64,000 bases of DNA from an uncultured Verrucomicrobiota bacterium (GTDB taxonomy: Bacteria; Verrucomicrobiota; Kiritimatiellia; RFP12; UBA1067). The position numbers and the translations under genes were made by a program. The stretch spans positions 4,254 through 68,253 of the forward strand of contig CAMOCC010000002.1 of NCBI GenBank assembly GCA_946610035.1, written 5' to 3'. Shown here piece by piece: positions 34,601 through 43,818 of this stretch (the first letter of the stretch is position 1; each line of letters starts with the position of its first letter). Under the pieces are notes generated by a model. That model saw only the letters and a program-made list of their open reading frames with translations. It did no database searches and was not told the origin of the DNA.

Positions 34601-37600
34601 CGGTTGTCACCGTCAACCTTGCTGCTGTCCCCGCCTACGAGGAACTGACGTTTGATGGCGAAGGCGACATTACCCTCGTCGCGGGCGGAGAAGGGTCTCA
34701 GCCCATCGGAGCCGTGTCGATCAAGGTGAATACGAATGTGACGGTTCCCTACAACCTCGTCCGTTTCGACGGCGCGGATGTCGCGGTCGCCGACGGCAAG
34801 ACGCTGACGATCGATTACACGGGCCTTGATTGGTCGTCCATAAGTGCGAGTACCGCGATTGCGGTTACGGGAGCCATCTCCTCCAAGCCCGCAGACGGCG
34901 CAATCGTCGTGCGCCTGCCGGAGACGCATCCCGCATTTGTCGATTCGGCGGAGTTCAGGTATGACGATGTCATGTCCGCATACATCATTGCCGTGTCGAT
35001 AGATCACGCGGCCGGTGCTGAAATCTACTGGGATGCTTCTGACGGTCAGACGTACTGGGGCGATGGTGACAATGCCGCAAAGTTCTATGCGTCATACGCA
35101 AATGGCGTGTTCTCCAACGAGACGCTCTATAGGGCCGGCGATACGGTTGTCGTTCCAGATACGACGCAGCGCTGGTACGGTCCGTTGAGCATTGGTGCCA
35201 AGATCAAGTTCGACTGTGGAGGAACGATTGACGTTTCCAAGACGGATTCGATCGGCCATGTGTTCAATTACACTGCTGTTACCATCGCGGAAGGCACGAC
35301 GCTCAACTTCACGAAGAGCGGCAATGACGACCCCGTGGTGTACGGCGGCTCGGTGAAGGGCGCGGGCAAGATAGCCGTTGGCGATGGCGTCACGCTTACC
35401 TTTACAAACAATGGCAATGACACTCACGTCGCGACTGAAATTGAATGCACGGGAACGGGCAACGTCTTGTTTGCCAAAGACGAGTTCCTGGGCGCAGGCG
35501 AGACATTTACGCTCAAGAGCGGTGCCGTGTCTGTTGGACGCAACGGAGACGCCAAGTGGTTCATTGTGAACGGCGCTGGCGGAACGGTCAATCTCGACGG
35601 CGGCGTCCTTTCCGTTTGCAGGCTCACGCCCAATGCTGCGATGAACGTCAACTTCAACGGCGGCATACTGAAGTCCTATGGCAACGGTTATAGTTACGAA
35701 ACAATAGTCTCCGGTGACAATACGACGGCAAAGGTCCTTGCCGGTGGCGCGATTATTGATACCGATGTTTACAACACATCTATCACTACTGCTCTCGCAT
35801 CCGGCGTCACGGAAGGCACGGACGGCGGCCTTGTCAAGAAGGGCACCGGTACGCTGACGCTCACCGCCGCCCCGACGTTCACGGGCGCGATCTCCGTCGA
35901 AGGCGGATATCTTGTCCTGCCGAAGAAGACCGAAGGTGAATACAATCTCGCTAACGGGACTATCGTCATATCGGAAGACACAGAAGCTGGCACTGTGACG
36001 CTTGGCGCGACGCTGACGCTGACGGTTCCTGTAATCGAAGGTCTCTCGTCGACTGTCACTGTCGGTGGCGAGCCGATCGAAGGCGTTGAAGGCGACGGCG
36101 TCATGACGTATCAGGTAACCTCCGGCACGGCAGTATCCGTTGTGTATGCGGCGACGCAGGAAGGCTACGTTGTCGCCGGCACGGCGACATACAATGTCAC
36201 GGTGCTTGAATCGCAGACGCTTGCGGTAAATGCAACCGCTGCGGAAGGCATCGTGAAGCTGCACAAGTCGGGAATGAGCGATACGCTCTATGCGACGATT
36301 CAGGATGCCGTTACTGCTGGTGTTAGCATTGAGAACGCCTCCGTCATAACGCTTCTCAAGTCAGCAGAAATCGGCGGGGCCGGTTTAACGGTCAACTGCG
36401 GAGGCGCACGTCCTGTCACGATTCAATGCAATGAAGGCGCTGGAATCTACGGCACAGGCGCAATCACCAAGCAGGGCAGCGGCACGCTCACGTTCAGGGG
36501 CGACATGTCTGAATACACGGGCATCGTCACGGTCAACGCCGGTACGGTCTTCGTGGACAACGGCATCACTCTGAATCCTCAGCAAGTCGTCGTCGCAGGC
36601 GGAGAGTTCAAGGTCGGCTCGGCTACTGTCAACATGGTGAATACTGCTAAGAATAGCATGGACTTCAACCTGAATTCTGGCTCTTTGACCATGGAGGAAG
36701 GTTCGTTCCTGACTGTCGGCAAGGCGCCTCAAGCGGATGCCAAGTGGCTGATCGTCGGGGCTGGTTCCAATATCAACCTGAACGGCGGAGAACTCGCAGT
36801 CTGCAGGCTTGCCAAGTGGGCGAATGTCGCCGCTGCTACTGTCAACTTCAATGGCGGCACGCTCAAGTCCTATGGCGTGGGCAATTCTGTGGACAGCATC
36901 ATCAGCGCTGAAGAGAACTCGCCTTGGACGCTCAACGTCCTTGCCGGCGGTGCGATCATCGATACCGATGTCGATACGACTATTAGCGATGCGCTGATCA
37001 GTGGTGTCGAGGATAATACCGAAACCGAGCAGGTTGAGACGGACGGCGGCCTCGTCAAGAAGGGTACTGGCGCGCTGACGCTTGCTGTTGCCCCGACCTT
37101 CACGGGCGCGGTTTCCGTCGAGGCTGGTGCGCTCTACGTGCCGGCCGGCGCGACGCTCACCCTCGCCGAGGGAACGGTCAAGGCCGATACCTCAGACAAG
37201 GGAGGCTACGACAAGTACGTTCCTGGTCAGTCTGGCACACAGTGTGAGGACGGAAGTGGCAACAACTTCACGGTTCCCACCACGGTTGTTGTCCCGAATG
37301 AAAAGACGCTTGCGGACGCCACCGGCAAGGGCACCACGTACGCCCAGGCATACGCGCTCGGACTTTGGGACGGCACTGCGGACGGCGAAGTTGCCGACAT
37401 GCCCAAGGCGACGATCTCGATTGCCAACGGAGTTGTCACCGTGACGTTCACGGGCGTCTCTTCCGAGGCGTACACTGTCAAGAAGTGGCTCCAGGAGAAG
37501 GCGTCCCTTACGGCGGCTTGGCCCGAAACGCCGACTGAGCAGAACTCCAAGCTCATTGAAGGCGATTCCGCCACCGACACGATCGGCTCCGGCGAAGACG

Positions 37601-37644
37601 CCCAGTTCTACCGCGTCGTTGTCACTATCGAAGATCCCGAGTAA
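31666..37644 (+). CDS. giant secreted protein (about 1990 aa) with autotransporter-associated beta-strand (PATR) repeats and a LamG/concanavalin-like module; no beta-barrel translocator domain
   Basis: Signal peptide MKLKKVLGRLAA...ASAA (alternative start ATG 31678). Four G-[TS]-G-[TA]-L-T-L type PATR units, e.g. LVKKGTGTLTLTAAPTFTGAISVEGGYL. LamG-like module at about 33840-34440 (CWLDFEFNGN ... MDFLRLYYSPI). Confidence 0.85.
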   Translation: MGGTMKLKKVLGRLAARSVRAAASVVAGSAVVAPLAASAAVDYTGTDYAPWSYSAGCVVWRATEGTFHTSTVADVASDGTIGTAYAMTADQTATSWQRFASNQTAYSAPGMVLVYDESGKTAASDAQFSPISFGGLWVKALADETTPYSITGSGTRVTELGASGSSTYFKFDKSFTINRSSETQIKSSGQGQSVTFDIAEGATFTNTSRLNIVGGATLKLTGKGTLAVPGGLDIQGGNQPTALNLSSDDCPVIDGDVTATGTGALFILPAGTAFDTDLDIQVCTGTLTATAGKVMVMIGSAIDSNVYITTSGGKITRLSKNGDYYVTVSDDAQWDTASWSPSVPTGDLTGKFIAINIASGKTLTLPASLQGAWVDVSGGGSLANPAGSSVVLTDVTINGAILNSGAITTHGTTALNGANQLLKGSGLTVGSGTTSLATAGQGLHGNVTINATATLVSQTIDAVWYNVPTSEKFTIEVYGTLDMGNSRWTIPNSARTEFVLHDGAKIIASGSNSNGYALDFFQSTGKIIADTDGGDSITISAPLRVRNNLNVQVAEGQTVNITGALMPHGTDYREFNKSGDGTLVLSGPLTYIGKTYVYGGTLIFDKTNPAKVTDVILQGGDVVIVGGTETPLTFSPTVQGGTAKIASGVVRTTPDKTFEVSEDAQLQIVETVAADGSATVILGAGATVADNVKLYRADGTEIMDANASGDSGEVVLTYAPSTSGKICWLDFEFNGNVSSSGSTEYSMNNSEVVYNDSENPTAIYTRINSDPWTSENIGYPAEWSAAIRCTVPENKDELVVAFGTLGGGLIGLAKGEGSGDVNIVYTTGNSARVVAATATVVAPTTMMHVYVFTKTASAIEVYCDGKLVKRHPVSNLSFGNAFQVGSVFGGLGNTGLNKAVATSNAQMDFLRLYYSPIGSNMIKQLSKEYPFESGAAVYTRTVAGEEAWVAESAWTADGETFVAEPVSTEKATLTASEDAVVTVNLAAVPAYEELTFDGEGDITLVAGGEGSQPIGAVSIKVNTNVTVPYNLVRFDGADVAVADGKTLTIDYTGLDWSSISASTAIAVTGAISSKPADGAIVVRLPETHPAFVDSAEFRYDDVMSAYIIAVSIDHAAGAEIYWDASDGQTYWGDGDNAAKFYASYANGVFSNETLYRAGDTVVVPDTTQRWYGPLSIGAKIKFDCGGTIDVSKTDSIGHVFNYTAVTIAEGTTLNFTKSGNDDPVVYGGSVKGAGKIAVGDGVTLTFTNNGNDTHVATEIECTGTGNVLFAKDEFLGAGETFTLKSGAVSVGRNGDAKWFIVNGAGGTVNLDGGVLSVCRLTPNAAMNVNFNGGILKSYGNGYSYETIVSGDNTTAKVLAGGAIIDTDVYNTSITTALASGVTEGTDGGLVKKGTGTLTLTAAPTFTGAISVEGGYLVLPKKTEGEYNLANGTIVISEDTEAGTVTLGATLTLTVPVIEGLSSTVTVGGEPIEGVEGDGVMTYQVTSGTAVSVVYAATQEGYVVAGTATYNVTVLESQTLAVNATAAEGIVKLHKSGMSDTLYATIQDAVTAGVSIENASVITLLKSAEIGGAGLTVNCGGARPVTIQCNEGAGIYGTGAITKQGSGTLTFRGDMSEYTGIVTVNAGTVFVDNGITLNPQQVVVAGGEFKVGSATVNMVNTAKNSMDFNLNSGSLTMEEGSFLTVGKAPQADAKWLIVGAGSNINLNGGELAVCRLAKWANVAAATVNFNGGTLKSYGVGNSVDSIISAEENSPWTLNVLAGGAIIDTDVDTTISDALISGVEDNTETEQVETDGGLVKKGTGALTLAVAPTFTGAVSVEAGALYVPAGATLTLAEGTVKADTSDKGGYDKYVPGQSGTQCEDGSGNNFTVPTTVVVPNEKTLADATGKGTTYAQAYALGLWDGTADGEVADMPKATISIANGVVTVTFTGVSSEAYTVKKWLQEKASLTAAWPETPTEQNSKLIEGDSATDTIGSGEDAQFYRVVVTIEDPE

Positions 37645-37678
37645 TCGATCCCGGTAAAACGCAGCCACAGGCTGCAGG

Positions 37679-37710
37679 AACGCGTCCGCCCGAAAGGCGG
37701 ACGCGTTTTC
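37679..37710 (+). terminator. rho-independent terminator after the giant gene
   Basis: aacgcgtccgcc-cgaaa-ggcggacgcgtt forms a 12-bp stem, followed by tt-cc. It is preceded by a smaller hairpin gcagcc-aca-ggctgc (37661-75). Confidence 0.8.
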
Positions 37711-37791
37711 CGCTCGGCAGAACTAAATCTGAAGTTTGACGGCCTTGCGTTTGGGCTATTGTTGCCGCTTCACTTTCGCACTATTTTCCAC

Positions 37792-37820
37792 TTGCATTCA
37801 AGGTGTAAATTCGCTATTAT
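37792..37820 (+). promoter_or_regulatory. candidate promoter TTGCAT-N17-TATTAT for potABCD
   Basis: Read directly: TTGCAT at 37792-97 and TATTAT at 37815-20. Confidence 0.4.
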
Positions 37821-37852
37821 TACACTATCAAAATACTGGGAGAACAGACGAA

Positions 37853-38956
37853 TTGAACAACGACTTCCTCGTTTTCGATCATGTAACGAAGCGCTTTGGC
37901 GCGTTGACAGCCGTCGACGACGTCACGCTCACCATAAACAAGGGCGAGTTCTTCTCGCTCCTCGGCCCGTCCGGGTGCGGCAAGACTACGCTACTCAGGA
38001 TGCTCGGCGGCTTCGAGCGGCCCGACTCCGGGCGCATATACCTTGAAGGCAGGGACATCACCGACCTCCCGCCCGACAAGCGGCGCGTCCACACCGTCTT
38101 CCAGAACTACGCGCTCTTCCCGACCATGACCATCTGGGACAACATCGCGTTCTCGCTCAGGCTCGCGAAGCTCCCCAAGGCCGAGACAGAGGAGAAGGTG
38201 GATGCGATCCTCGACATGATCCAGATGACGGAGCACGCGTGGAAGTATCCCGACCAGCTCTCCGGCGGACAGAAGCAGCGCGTCGCCATCGCGCGCGCGC
38301 TCGTGGACCGTCCGCAGGTCCTCCTCCTCGACGAGCCGCTCGCCGCGCTCGACCTGAAGCTGCGCCAGCACATGCTCATAGAGCTCGACGCCATCCACGA
38401 CCAGGTCGGCATCACCTTCATGTACGTGACCCACGACCAGGGCGAGGCGATGAGCCTTTCCGACCGCATCGCCGTCATCAATCGCGGACACGTCGAGCAG
38501 CTCGACGTCCCCGCCAAGATATACGAGGCGCCGTCCTCTCGCTTCGTCGCCTCCTTCATAGGCGACACGAACTTCTTCGAGGGGACGATCGAGTCCGTCG
38601 AGGGCGACTACTGCGTCATCGACGTGAAGGGCTTCCCGCGCATCAAGGCGTACAACGACAAGAACCTGAGCACCGGACAGAAGGTCGCCCTCTCGGTGAG
38701 GCCGGAGAAGATCCGCGTCACCAAGGCCCGGCCTGCGCCCGAGAAGGGGGCTTCCATCAACGTGTTCCCGTCCGTCGTGCAGGACATCGTCTACCAGGGC
38801 GTCTACACGAAGTACTGGCTCGACTCCGCCGATCTCAGGATCAGCGCACTCAAGCCGCATTCGCGGTTCCTCCTCGACCAGGAGACCATCACCTGGAACG
38901 ACCCCGTGTTCGTCTGGTGGCATCCGGACGACGCGTACATGGTGGAAGTGCGGTGA
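37853..38956 (+). CDS. potA: spermidine/putrescine ABC transporter ATP-binding protein
   Basis: LLGPSGCGKTTLLRMLGGFE, LSGGQKQRVAIARAL, LLLDEPLAALD, and a C-terminal TOBE-like domain. The likely start is TTG 37853, after gggaga; the track ORF starts earlier, at 37736. Confidence 0.85.
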   Translation: MNNDFLVFDHVTKRFGALTAVDDVTLTINKGEFFSLLGPSGCGKTTLLRMLGGFERPDSGRIYLEGRDITDLPPDKRRVHTVFQNYALFPTMTIWDNIAFSLRLAKLPKAETEEKVDAILDMIQMTEHAWKYPDQLSGGQKQRVAIARALVDRPQVLLLDEPLAALDLKLRQHMLIELDAIHDQVGITFMYVTHDQGEAMSLSDRIAVINRGHVEQLDVPAKIYEAPSSRFVASFIGDTNFFEGTIESVEGDYCVIDVKGFPRIKAYNDKNLSTGQKVALSVRPEKIRVTKARPAPEKGASINVFPSVVQDIVYQGVYTKYWLDSADLRISALKPHSRFLLDQETITWNDPVFVWWHPDDAYMVEVR

Positions 38957-38957
38957 A

Positions 38958-39917
38958 ATGATGAAGATGAATCCGCTTCGTTCACGCCGCGCCGAATGGC
39001 TCGTCACGCTGCCTTCCCTCCTGTGGCTGGCGCTCTTCTTCGCCGTCCCGTCCGTCATCGTCCTCGCGTTCACCTTCCACGGCCACACCCCCAACGGCGG
39101 CGTCGGCGAGTGGAGCCTGTCCACGTGGCGCGAGCTCGTGGACCCCGACTACCCCGTGATCGTCTGGAAGACGATCCGCGTGAGCTTAGAGGTGACGGTC
39201 TGGTCGATAGTCCTCGCGCTTCCGTGCGCCTACGCGATAGCGCGCATGGGCAGGCGGTGGCGGTCCGTCGTCGCAGGCGCGATCATGCTTCCGTTCTGGA
39301 CCAGCTTCGTGGTGCGCGTCTTCGCATGGAAGACGATGCTGCATCCGGACGGCTGGCTCCAGGCGTGCTACCTCGCCTTCCTGCGCCTTCGCGCATGGGC
39401 GTTCGGCTGGCTGCCGGGCTGCGGCGGACAGGTCGACCCCGCCTCTTCGACCATACTCGACTCCGAGGCGGCGGTTGTGCTCGTCAGCGTATACACGTTC
39501 CTCCCGTTCGCGATCATGCCGCTCTACACGGCGGCCGAGAAGTTCGACTTCGCGCTCCTGGAGGCCGCGCGCGACCTCGGGGCGAAGAACTTCTACGCCT
39601 TCAGGAAGATATTCATCCCGGGCATCCGCCAGGGGCTCATATCGGCGATCCTGATGGTCTTCATCCCGGCGATAGGCTCCTACGTGATCCCGCAGATGCT
39701 GGGCGGGACGAACTGCGTGCTCATCGGCAACAAGATCTTCATGCGCGCGATCCAGAACCGCAACATCCCGCACGCCTCCGCCCTCGCGACGCTGATGGCC
39801 GTCTCGGTCCTCATCCCGATCGCCTGCGCGATGTGGTGGCGCAGGAGCCAGAGCGCGCGCGACAGGAAGCGCCTTGATGCCGAGACGGCGAGGCTGATGA
39901 CGGGAGGTGCGTCGTGA
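38958..39917 (+). CDS. potB: spermidine/putrescine ABC transporter permease
   Basis: Six-TM binding-protein-dependent permease with the EAARDLGA..FRKIFIPG EAA motif. Confidence 0.82.
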   Translation: MMKMNPLRSRRAEWLVTLPSLLWLALFFAVPSVIVLAFTFHGHTPNGGVGEWSLSTWRELVDPDYPVIVWKTIRVSLEVTVWSIVLALPCAYAIARMGRRWRSVVAGAIMLPFWTSFVVRVFAWKTMLHPDGWLQACYLAFLRLRAWAFGWLPGCGGQVDPASSTILDSEAAVVLVSVYTFLPFAIMPLYTAAEKFDFALLEAARDLGAKNFYAFRKIFIPGIRQGLISAILMVFIPAIGSYVIPQMLGGTNCVLIGNKIFMRAIQNRNIPHASALATLMAVSVLIPIACAMWWRRSQSARDRKRLDAETARLMTGGAS

Positions 39918-40753
39918 AGCGGTCGTACTTCTCGCTCGCCGTCCTCGGGGCGGTGCTCGCCTTCCTCTACGTGCCCATCCTCCTGGTCGTCGCCTACGGC
40001 TTCGTCCCGAACGGGATATCGATGTCCTTCTTCGGTGCGGACGGCTCGTTCCTCGGCTTCACAGGCAGGTGGTACGCGCAGCTCTTCGCCGGGCACCACG
40101 CCGTGCGCGCGCTTCTGGAGAGCTTCTGGCTGTCGCTCACCATCGCCGGGCTCGCGACGCTCGTCTCGTGCATCCTCGGCACGACCGCCGCCCTCGCGCT
40201 CCACCGCTGGAGGGACCGCCTTCAGGCCATCCACCACGCGCTGGTATACACGCCGCTCATCATGCCGGACATACTGATCGGCATCTCGCTCCTCATGCTC
40301 TTCGTCGCCTGCCGCGTCGAATGCGGCTTCTGGACGATCCTCGTTGCGCACGTCACGTTCTGCGTCTCGTACGTCACGATGACGGTCCTCGCGCGGCTTG
40401 AGGACTTCGACGACCGCATCGTGGAGGCGGCCTACGACCTCGGGGCGGGTCCGTGGTACACGTTCTTCAAGGTGGAGCTGCCGATGCTCCTCCCCGGCAT
40501 AGTCGCGGGGGGACTTCTCGCGTTCACCCTCTCCATCGACGACGTCGTCATCACCTCGTTCGTGAACGGCGCCGGGACGAACACCTTCCCGACCTACGTC
40601 TCGTCGATGACGAAGCACTCGCGCAACCTCCCGAGCGTGTTCGCGCTTTCGACGCTCATGCTGCTCTTCACCTGCGTACTCGTCGGCGTCTCGAAGCTCG
40701 TGTCGGGGCGTCGCCCGAAAGGCGTCTCAAACAACACAAAGAAAGGAAAATGA
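39914..40753 (+). CDS. potC: spermidine/putrescine ABC transporter permease
   Basis: EAAYDLGAGPWYTFFKVELP EAA motif. GTGA overlap with potB. Confidence 0.82.
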   Translation: MKRSYFSLAVLGAVLAFLYVPILLVVAYGFVPNGISMSFFGADGSFLGFTGRWYAQLFAGHHAVRALLESFWLSLTIAGLATLVSCILGTTAALALHRWRDRLQAIHHALVYTPLIMPDILIGISLLMLFVACRVECGFWTILVAHVTFCVSYVTMTVLARLEDFDDRIVEAAYDLGAGPWYTFFKVELPMLLPGIVAGGLLAFTLSIDDVVITSFVNGAGTNTFPTYVSSMTKHSRNLPSVFALSTLMLLFTCVLVGVSKLVSGRRPKGVSNNTKKGK

Positions 40754-40754
40754 C

Positions 40755-41921
40755 ATGAAAACAGCAATTTCGGCAGTCGCGGCGCTATCGTCGGCGATCG
40801 CAGCCTCCGCGTTCCTGTCCGGATGCGGCGGGGCCGGCGGCGAGGCGGGCACCGACCTCTCCGCCAACGCGCTCGCCGCCGCAGAGGCGGCCGGCCTCAA
40901 GCCGTCCGGTGACGGGAACGGAGGGGAGCTGCACATATACACCTGGAGCGACTACCTCTCGCCGGACGTCATAGCAGGCTTCGAGAATGCGCTCGGCGTC
41001 AAGGTCGTCGTCGACACCTTCGACTCGAACGAGGCGATGTACGCGAAGCTCAAGGCGGGCGGCACGGGCTACGACATCATCACGCCCAGCTCCTACCAGA
41101 TCGGCACGATGGTCAAGGAGGGGATGGTCGAACGTCTCGACCCCGCGCGCATCCCCAACGTGAAGCGGAACTTCGACCCGTCCTTCGCATCCCAGGTCCT
41201 CGATCCGAGCTTCGCCTACAGCGTCCCCTACGCCGTAACCTACACGGGCTTCATGTACCTGAAGGACAAGGTGCCGGCAGGCGAGGACGGACTTAGCTGG
41301 GCGGTCCTCGGCGACTCCGCGCTCAAGGGGCGCATCACGCTCCTCGACGACCTTCGCGAGGTGATCGGCGCGGGGCTCATGTACCTCGGCTACGACATCA
41401 ACTCGACGGACCCCGCGCAGATAGACGCGGCCGTCGAGCAGGTCCTCAAGTGGAAGCCGAACATCCGCAAGTTCGACGCCGAGAGCTACAAGACCGAGGT
41501 CGCGAACGGCTCCACCTGGATCGGACAAGGCTACTCGACGGACGCGACCCAGACGATCGTGGGCGACGAGGACGAGGGCATGGCGCCGCGTCCGGACATC
41601 GCCTTCGCCCTGCCCAAGGAGGGCTTCACGATCGCCTTCGACGAGATGGTGATCGCGAAGGGCGCGAAGCGCGCGGACCTCGCGTACGCCTTCATCAACT
41701 ACATCTACACCGGCGAGGTCGCCGCCGCGAACATGGACTACATATGCGGACCGAACCCGGTCAAGCCCGGCATCGACCTGCTCGACGAGGAGTACCGCAA
41801 TCTCATCGTCCTCCCGCCCGAGACGCTGAAGAGGGGGCATGTCCTCAGGGGCTTCGCCGACAAGCCCGAGGTCATGTCCCTGTACAACAAGGCGTGGGAC
41901 CGCATCAAGGCGACGAACTAG
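40755..41921 (+). CDS. potD: polyamine-binding periplasmic lipoprotein
   Basis: Lipobox FLSGC. LHIYTWSDYLSPDVIAGFE..., PotD/PotF-like throughout. Confidence 0.82.
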   Translation: MKTAISAVAALSSAIAASAFLSGCGGAGGEAGTDLSANALAAAEAAGLKPSGDGNGGELHIYTWSDYLSPDVIAGFENALGVKVVVDTFDSNEAMYAKLKAGGTGYDIITPSSYQIGTMVKEGMVERLDPARIPNVKRNFDPSFASQVLDPSFAYSVPYAVTYTGFMYLKDKVPAGEDGLSWAVLGDSALKGRITLLDDLREVIGAGLMYLGYDINSTDPAQIDAAVEQVLKWKPNIRKFDAESYKTEVANGSTWIGQGYSTDATQTIVGDEDEGMAPRPDIAFALPKEGFTIAFDEMVIAKGAKRADLAYAFINYIYTGEVAAANMDYICGPNPVKPGIDLLDEEYRNLIVLPPETLKRGHVLRGFADKPEVMSLYNKAWDRIKATN

Positions 41922-41956
41922 CGCCTGAACCGGCACTTTTGTGGCGGCGGCCAAAA

Positions 41957-41965
41957 TGGTATAAT
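41957..41965 (+). promoter_or_regulatory. extended -10 element TGGTATAAT upstream of the GT2 gene
   Basis: Read directly, 30 nt upstream of ATG 41996. Confidence 0.45.
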
Positions 41966-41995
41966 ATTCCGCACAGCACGCAATGGAAGACAGGG

Positions 41996-42850
41996 ATGAA
42001 TCCAATAGACGTTGACATCCTTCTCGCAACGTACCGAACGCCCCCGGCGCTTCTCGACGCGCAGAGGGCGTCCATAGACGCGCAGAAGGGCGTCGGGACG
42101 AACGTAATCGTCCGCGAGGACTCCGCCGGGGAGGGCCCGGCCGCGAACTTCTCCGCGTTGATGTCCGAGTCGTCCGCCCCGTACGCGGCCTTTTCGGATG
42201 CGGACGACGTGTGGCTTCCGGGGAAGCTCGCGCGGCTCATGGAGAGGATGCGGGAGATCGAGTCCGCCGCCGCTCCCGGGACGCCCGTCATGGTCTTCTG
42301 CGACTCGACGCCGACGGACGCCTCGCTCAGGCCGATACCGGGCGGGACCTTCATCGCGCGCCAGCGCGTGGACGTCGCGAAGGGGCTCGCCTTCCCGCGC
42401 CTTCTCATGCAGAACTTCATAGCGGGCAATCTGATGCTCTTCAACGCCGCGCTGAGGCGGAAGGCCGGCGCCGTGCCGCCGGAGGCCCTCATGCACGACG
42501 CATGGGTGGCGCTCGTCGCGGCGGCCTTCGGGAGGATCGGCTTCGTCGACGAGCCGCTCGTCCTCTACAGGCAGCATGGCGGGAACGCCGTCGGGGCGAC
42601 GCTCTCCGCGTCCGCACGCCAGCTCGGGCGGGCGGCCGAGGGGGCGGGGGCGTTTCGCGGACGCCTTGCGGCCAACATCGCCCAGGCGCGCGCGTTCGTC
42701 GACCGCTTCGGCGACGAGGCGCCGTCCGCCGCAAGGGCGCTCGCCTCGTTCCCGTCCTCGGGCTGGTGGGCGCGCAGGCGCGCAATCGTCCGCCACGGAC
42801 TCTACAAGCAGGGCTTGTGCCGCAACGCGGCGCTTCTGGCATTCGCATGA
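41996..42850 (+). CDS. glycosyltransferase family 2 protein
   Basis: I place the start at ATG 41996. VDILLATYR...FSDADDVWLPGKL, a rhamnosyltransferase-like GT2 pattern. Confidence 0.72.
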   Translation: MNPIDVDILLATYRTPPALLDAQRASIDAQKGVGTNVIVREDSAGEGPAANFSALMSESSAPYAAFSDADDVWLPGKLARLMERMREIESAAAPGTPVMVFCDSTPTDASLRPIPGGTFIARQRVDVAKGLAFPRLLMQNFIAGNLMLFNAALRRKAGAVPPEALMHDAWVALVAAAFGRIGFVDEPLVLYRQHGGNAVGATLSASARQLGRAAEGAGAFRGRLAANIAQARAFVDRFGDEAPSAARALASFPSSGWWARRRAIVRHGLYKQGLCRNAALLAFA

Positions 42851-43767
42851 AGATAGCGATACTTACAGACTGCACGGGGGTCGGCGGCGGGATGACGTTC
42901 ATCCGCCGCTTCATCGCCGCGCACCCGGACGACGAGACTCGCCTGTTCCTCTCCGACAACGGCGAATGCACCGCGGCCAAGGTGGATGCGTGGGGGGCGG
43001 ACCTCGTACACGTCAACCACCTGAAGTCGCTGCTGCAGCTCCTCGGCAATCCGTTCAGGCGTCCGAAGGGCCGCGTGGTGTTCGTAGTCCACGGCGTGCA
43101 CCTCAGGAAGTACGACTTCCTCCCGAAGACGCCGCGCAACGTCCTTGCGAGGCGTCTGAGGCTCGCCCTGGAGAGGTGGCTCTATGCGAGGTGCGACGGA
43201 CTCGTCGCGCTCAACGCCGACGATGTCGAATACCTTCGACGCGTACACGGCGTGAAGGTCCCGGTGCGGCTTGAGCCCAACACCGTCGATCCCGTGGACG
43301 CCGTCAGCGGGCCCGCCCCCGAGTACGCCTTCGCGACGGTGGCGAGGTTCGACTTCCAGAAGGGGTACGACGTGCTCCTCGACGCGGTCGCCGCCGCGGC
43401 GGACCGCCTCAGGCGGGCGCATGCGCGCGGCCTGCTTGTCGGGGGCGGAGGCCTCCTGGACGAGATGAAGCGCCGGGCCGAGTCGCTGGGCGTTTCGGAC
43501 ATCCTCGATTTCGCGGGCGAGCTGCCGGACGCCGCGGACGAGATGCGCAGGGGCGCGGTTCTCGTCGCCCCGAGCCGCTGGGAGGGTTCGCCCTACGCGG
43601 TCCTCGATGCGCTTGCGCGCGGGATATGGGTCGTCGCGTCGGACTGCCCCGGGAACAGGGACCTCGTCCGGGACGGTGTGAACGGGCGTCTGTTCCCGGT
43701 GTGCGATGCGCCCGCCCTGGCGGAGCTGCTTGTGGACCCAAGGGGCGCGGCGAAACGCGCGCATTGA
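42847..43767 (+). CDS. glycosyltransferase family 4 protein
   Basis: I place the start at ATG 42847 (ATGA overlap). MKIAILTDCTGVGGG.. and SRWEGSPYAVLDALARGIWVVASD. Confidence 0.72.
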   Translation: MKIAILTDCTGVGGGMTFIRRFIAAHPDDETRLFLSDNGECTAAKVDAWGADLVHVNHLKSLLQLLGNPFRRPKGRVVFVVHGVHLRKYDFLPKTPRNVLARRLRLALERWLYARCDGLVALNADDVEYLRRVHGVKVPVRLEPNTVDPVDAVSGPAPEYAFATVARFDFQKGYDVLLDAVAAAADRLRRAHARGLLVGGGGLLDEMKRRAESLGVSDILDFAGELPDAADEMRRGAVLVAPSRWEGSPYAVLDALARGIWVVASDCPGNRDLVRDGVNGRLFPVCDAPALAELLVDPRGAAKRAH

Positions 43768-43793
43768 GTCCGACACGCCAAATATGGTAGAAT
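43764..43793 (+). promoter_or_regulatory. promoter TTGAGT-N18-TAGAAT with TGG extension
   Basis: TTGAGT at 43764-69 and TGGTAGAAT at 43785-93. SD aaggaga precedes GTG 43819. Confidence 0.5.
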
Positions 43794-43818
43794 ATGGGAA
43801 AACAAAGGAGATAGAGAA

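Noticed and set aside
37645-37852. Possible riboswitch or leader RNA upstream of potA.
   Set aside because: Apart from the terminator hairpins of the upstream gene and a plausible promoter, I could not recognise conserved riboswitch-like structure. I cannot exclude one without covariance-model scanning.
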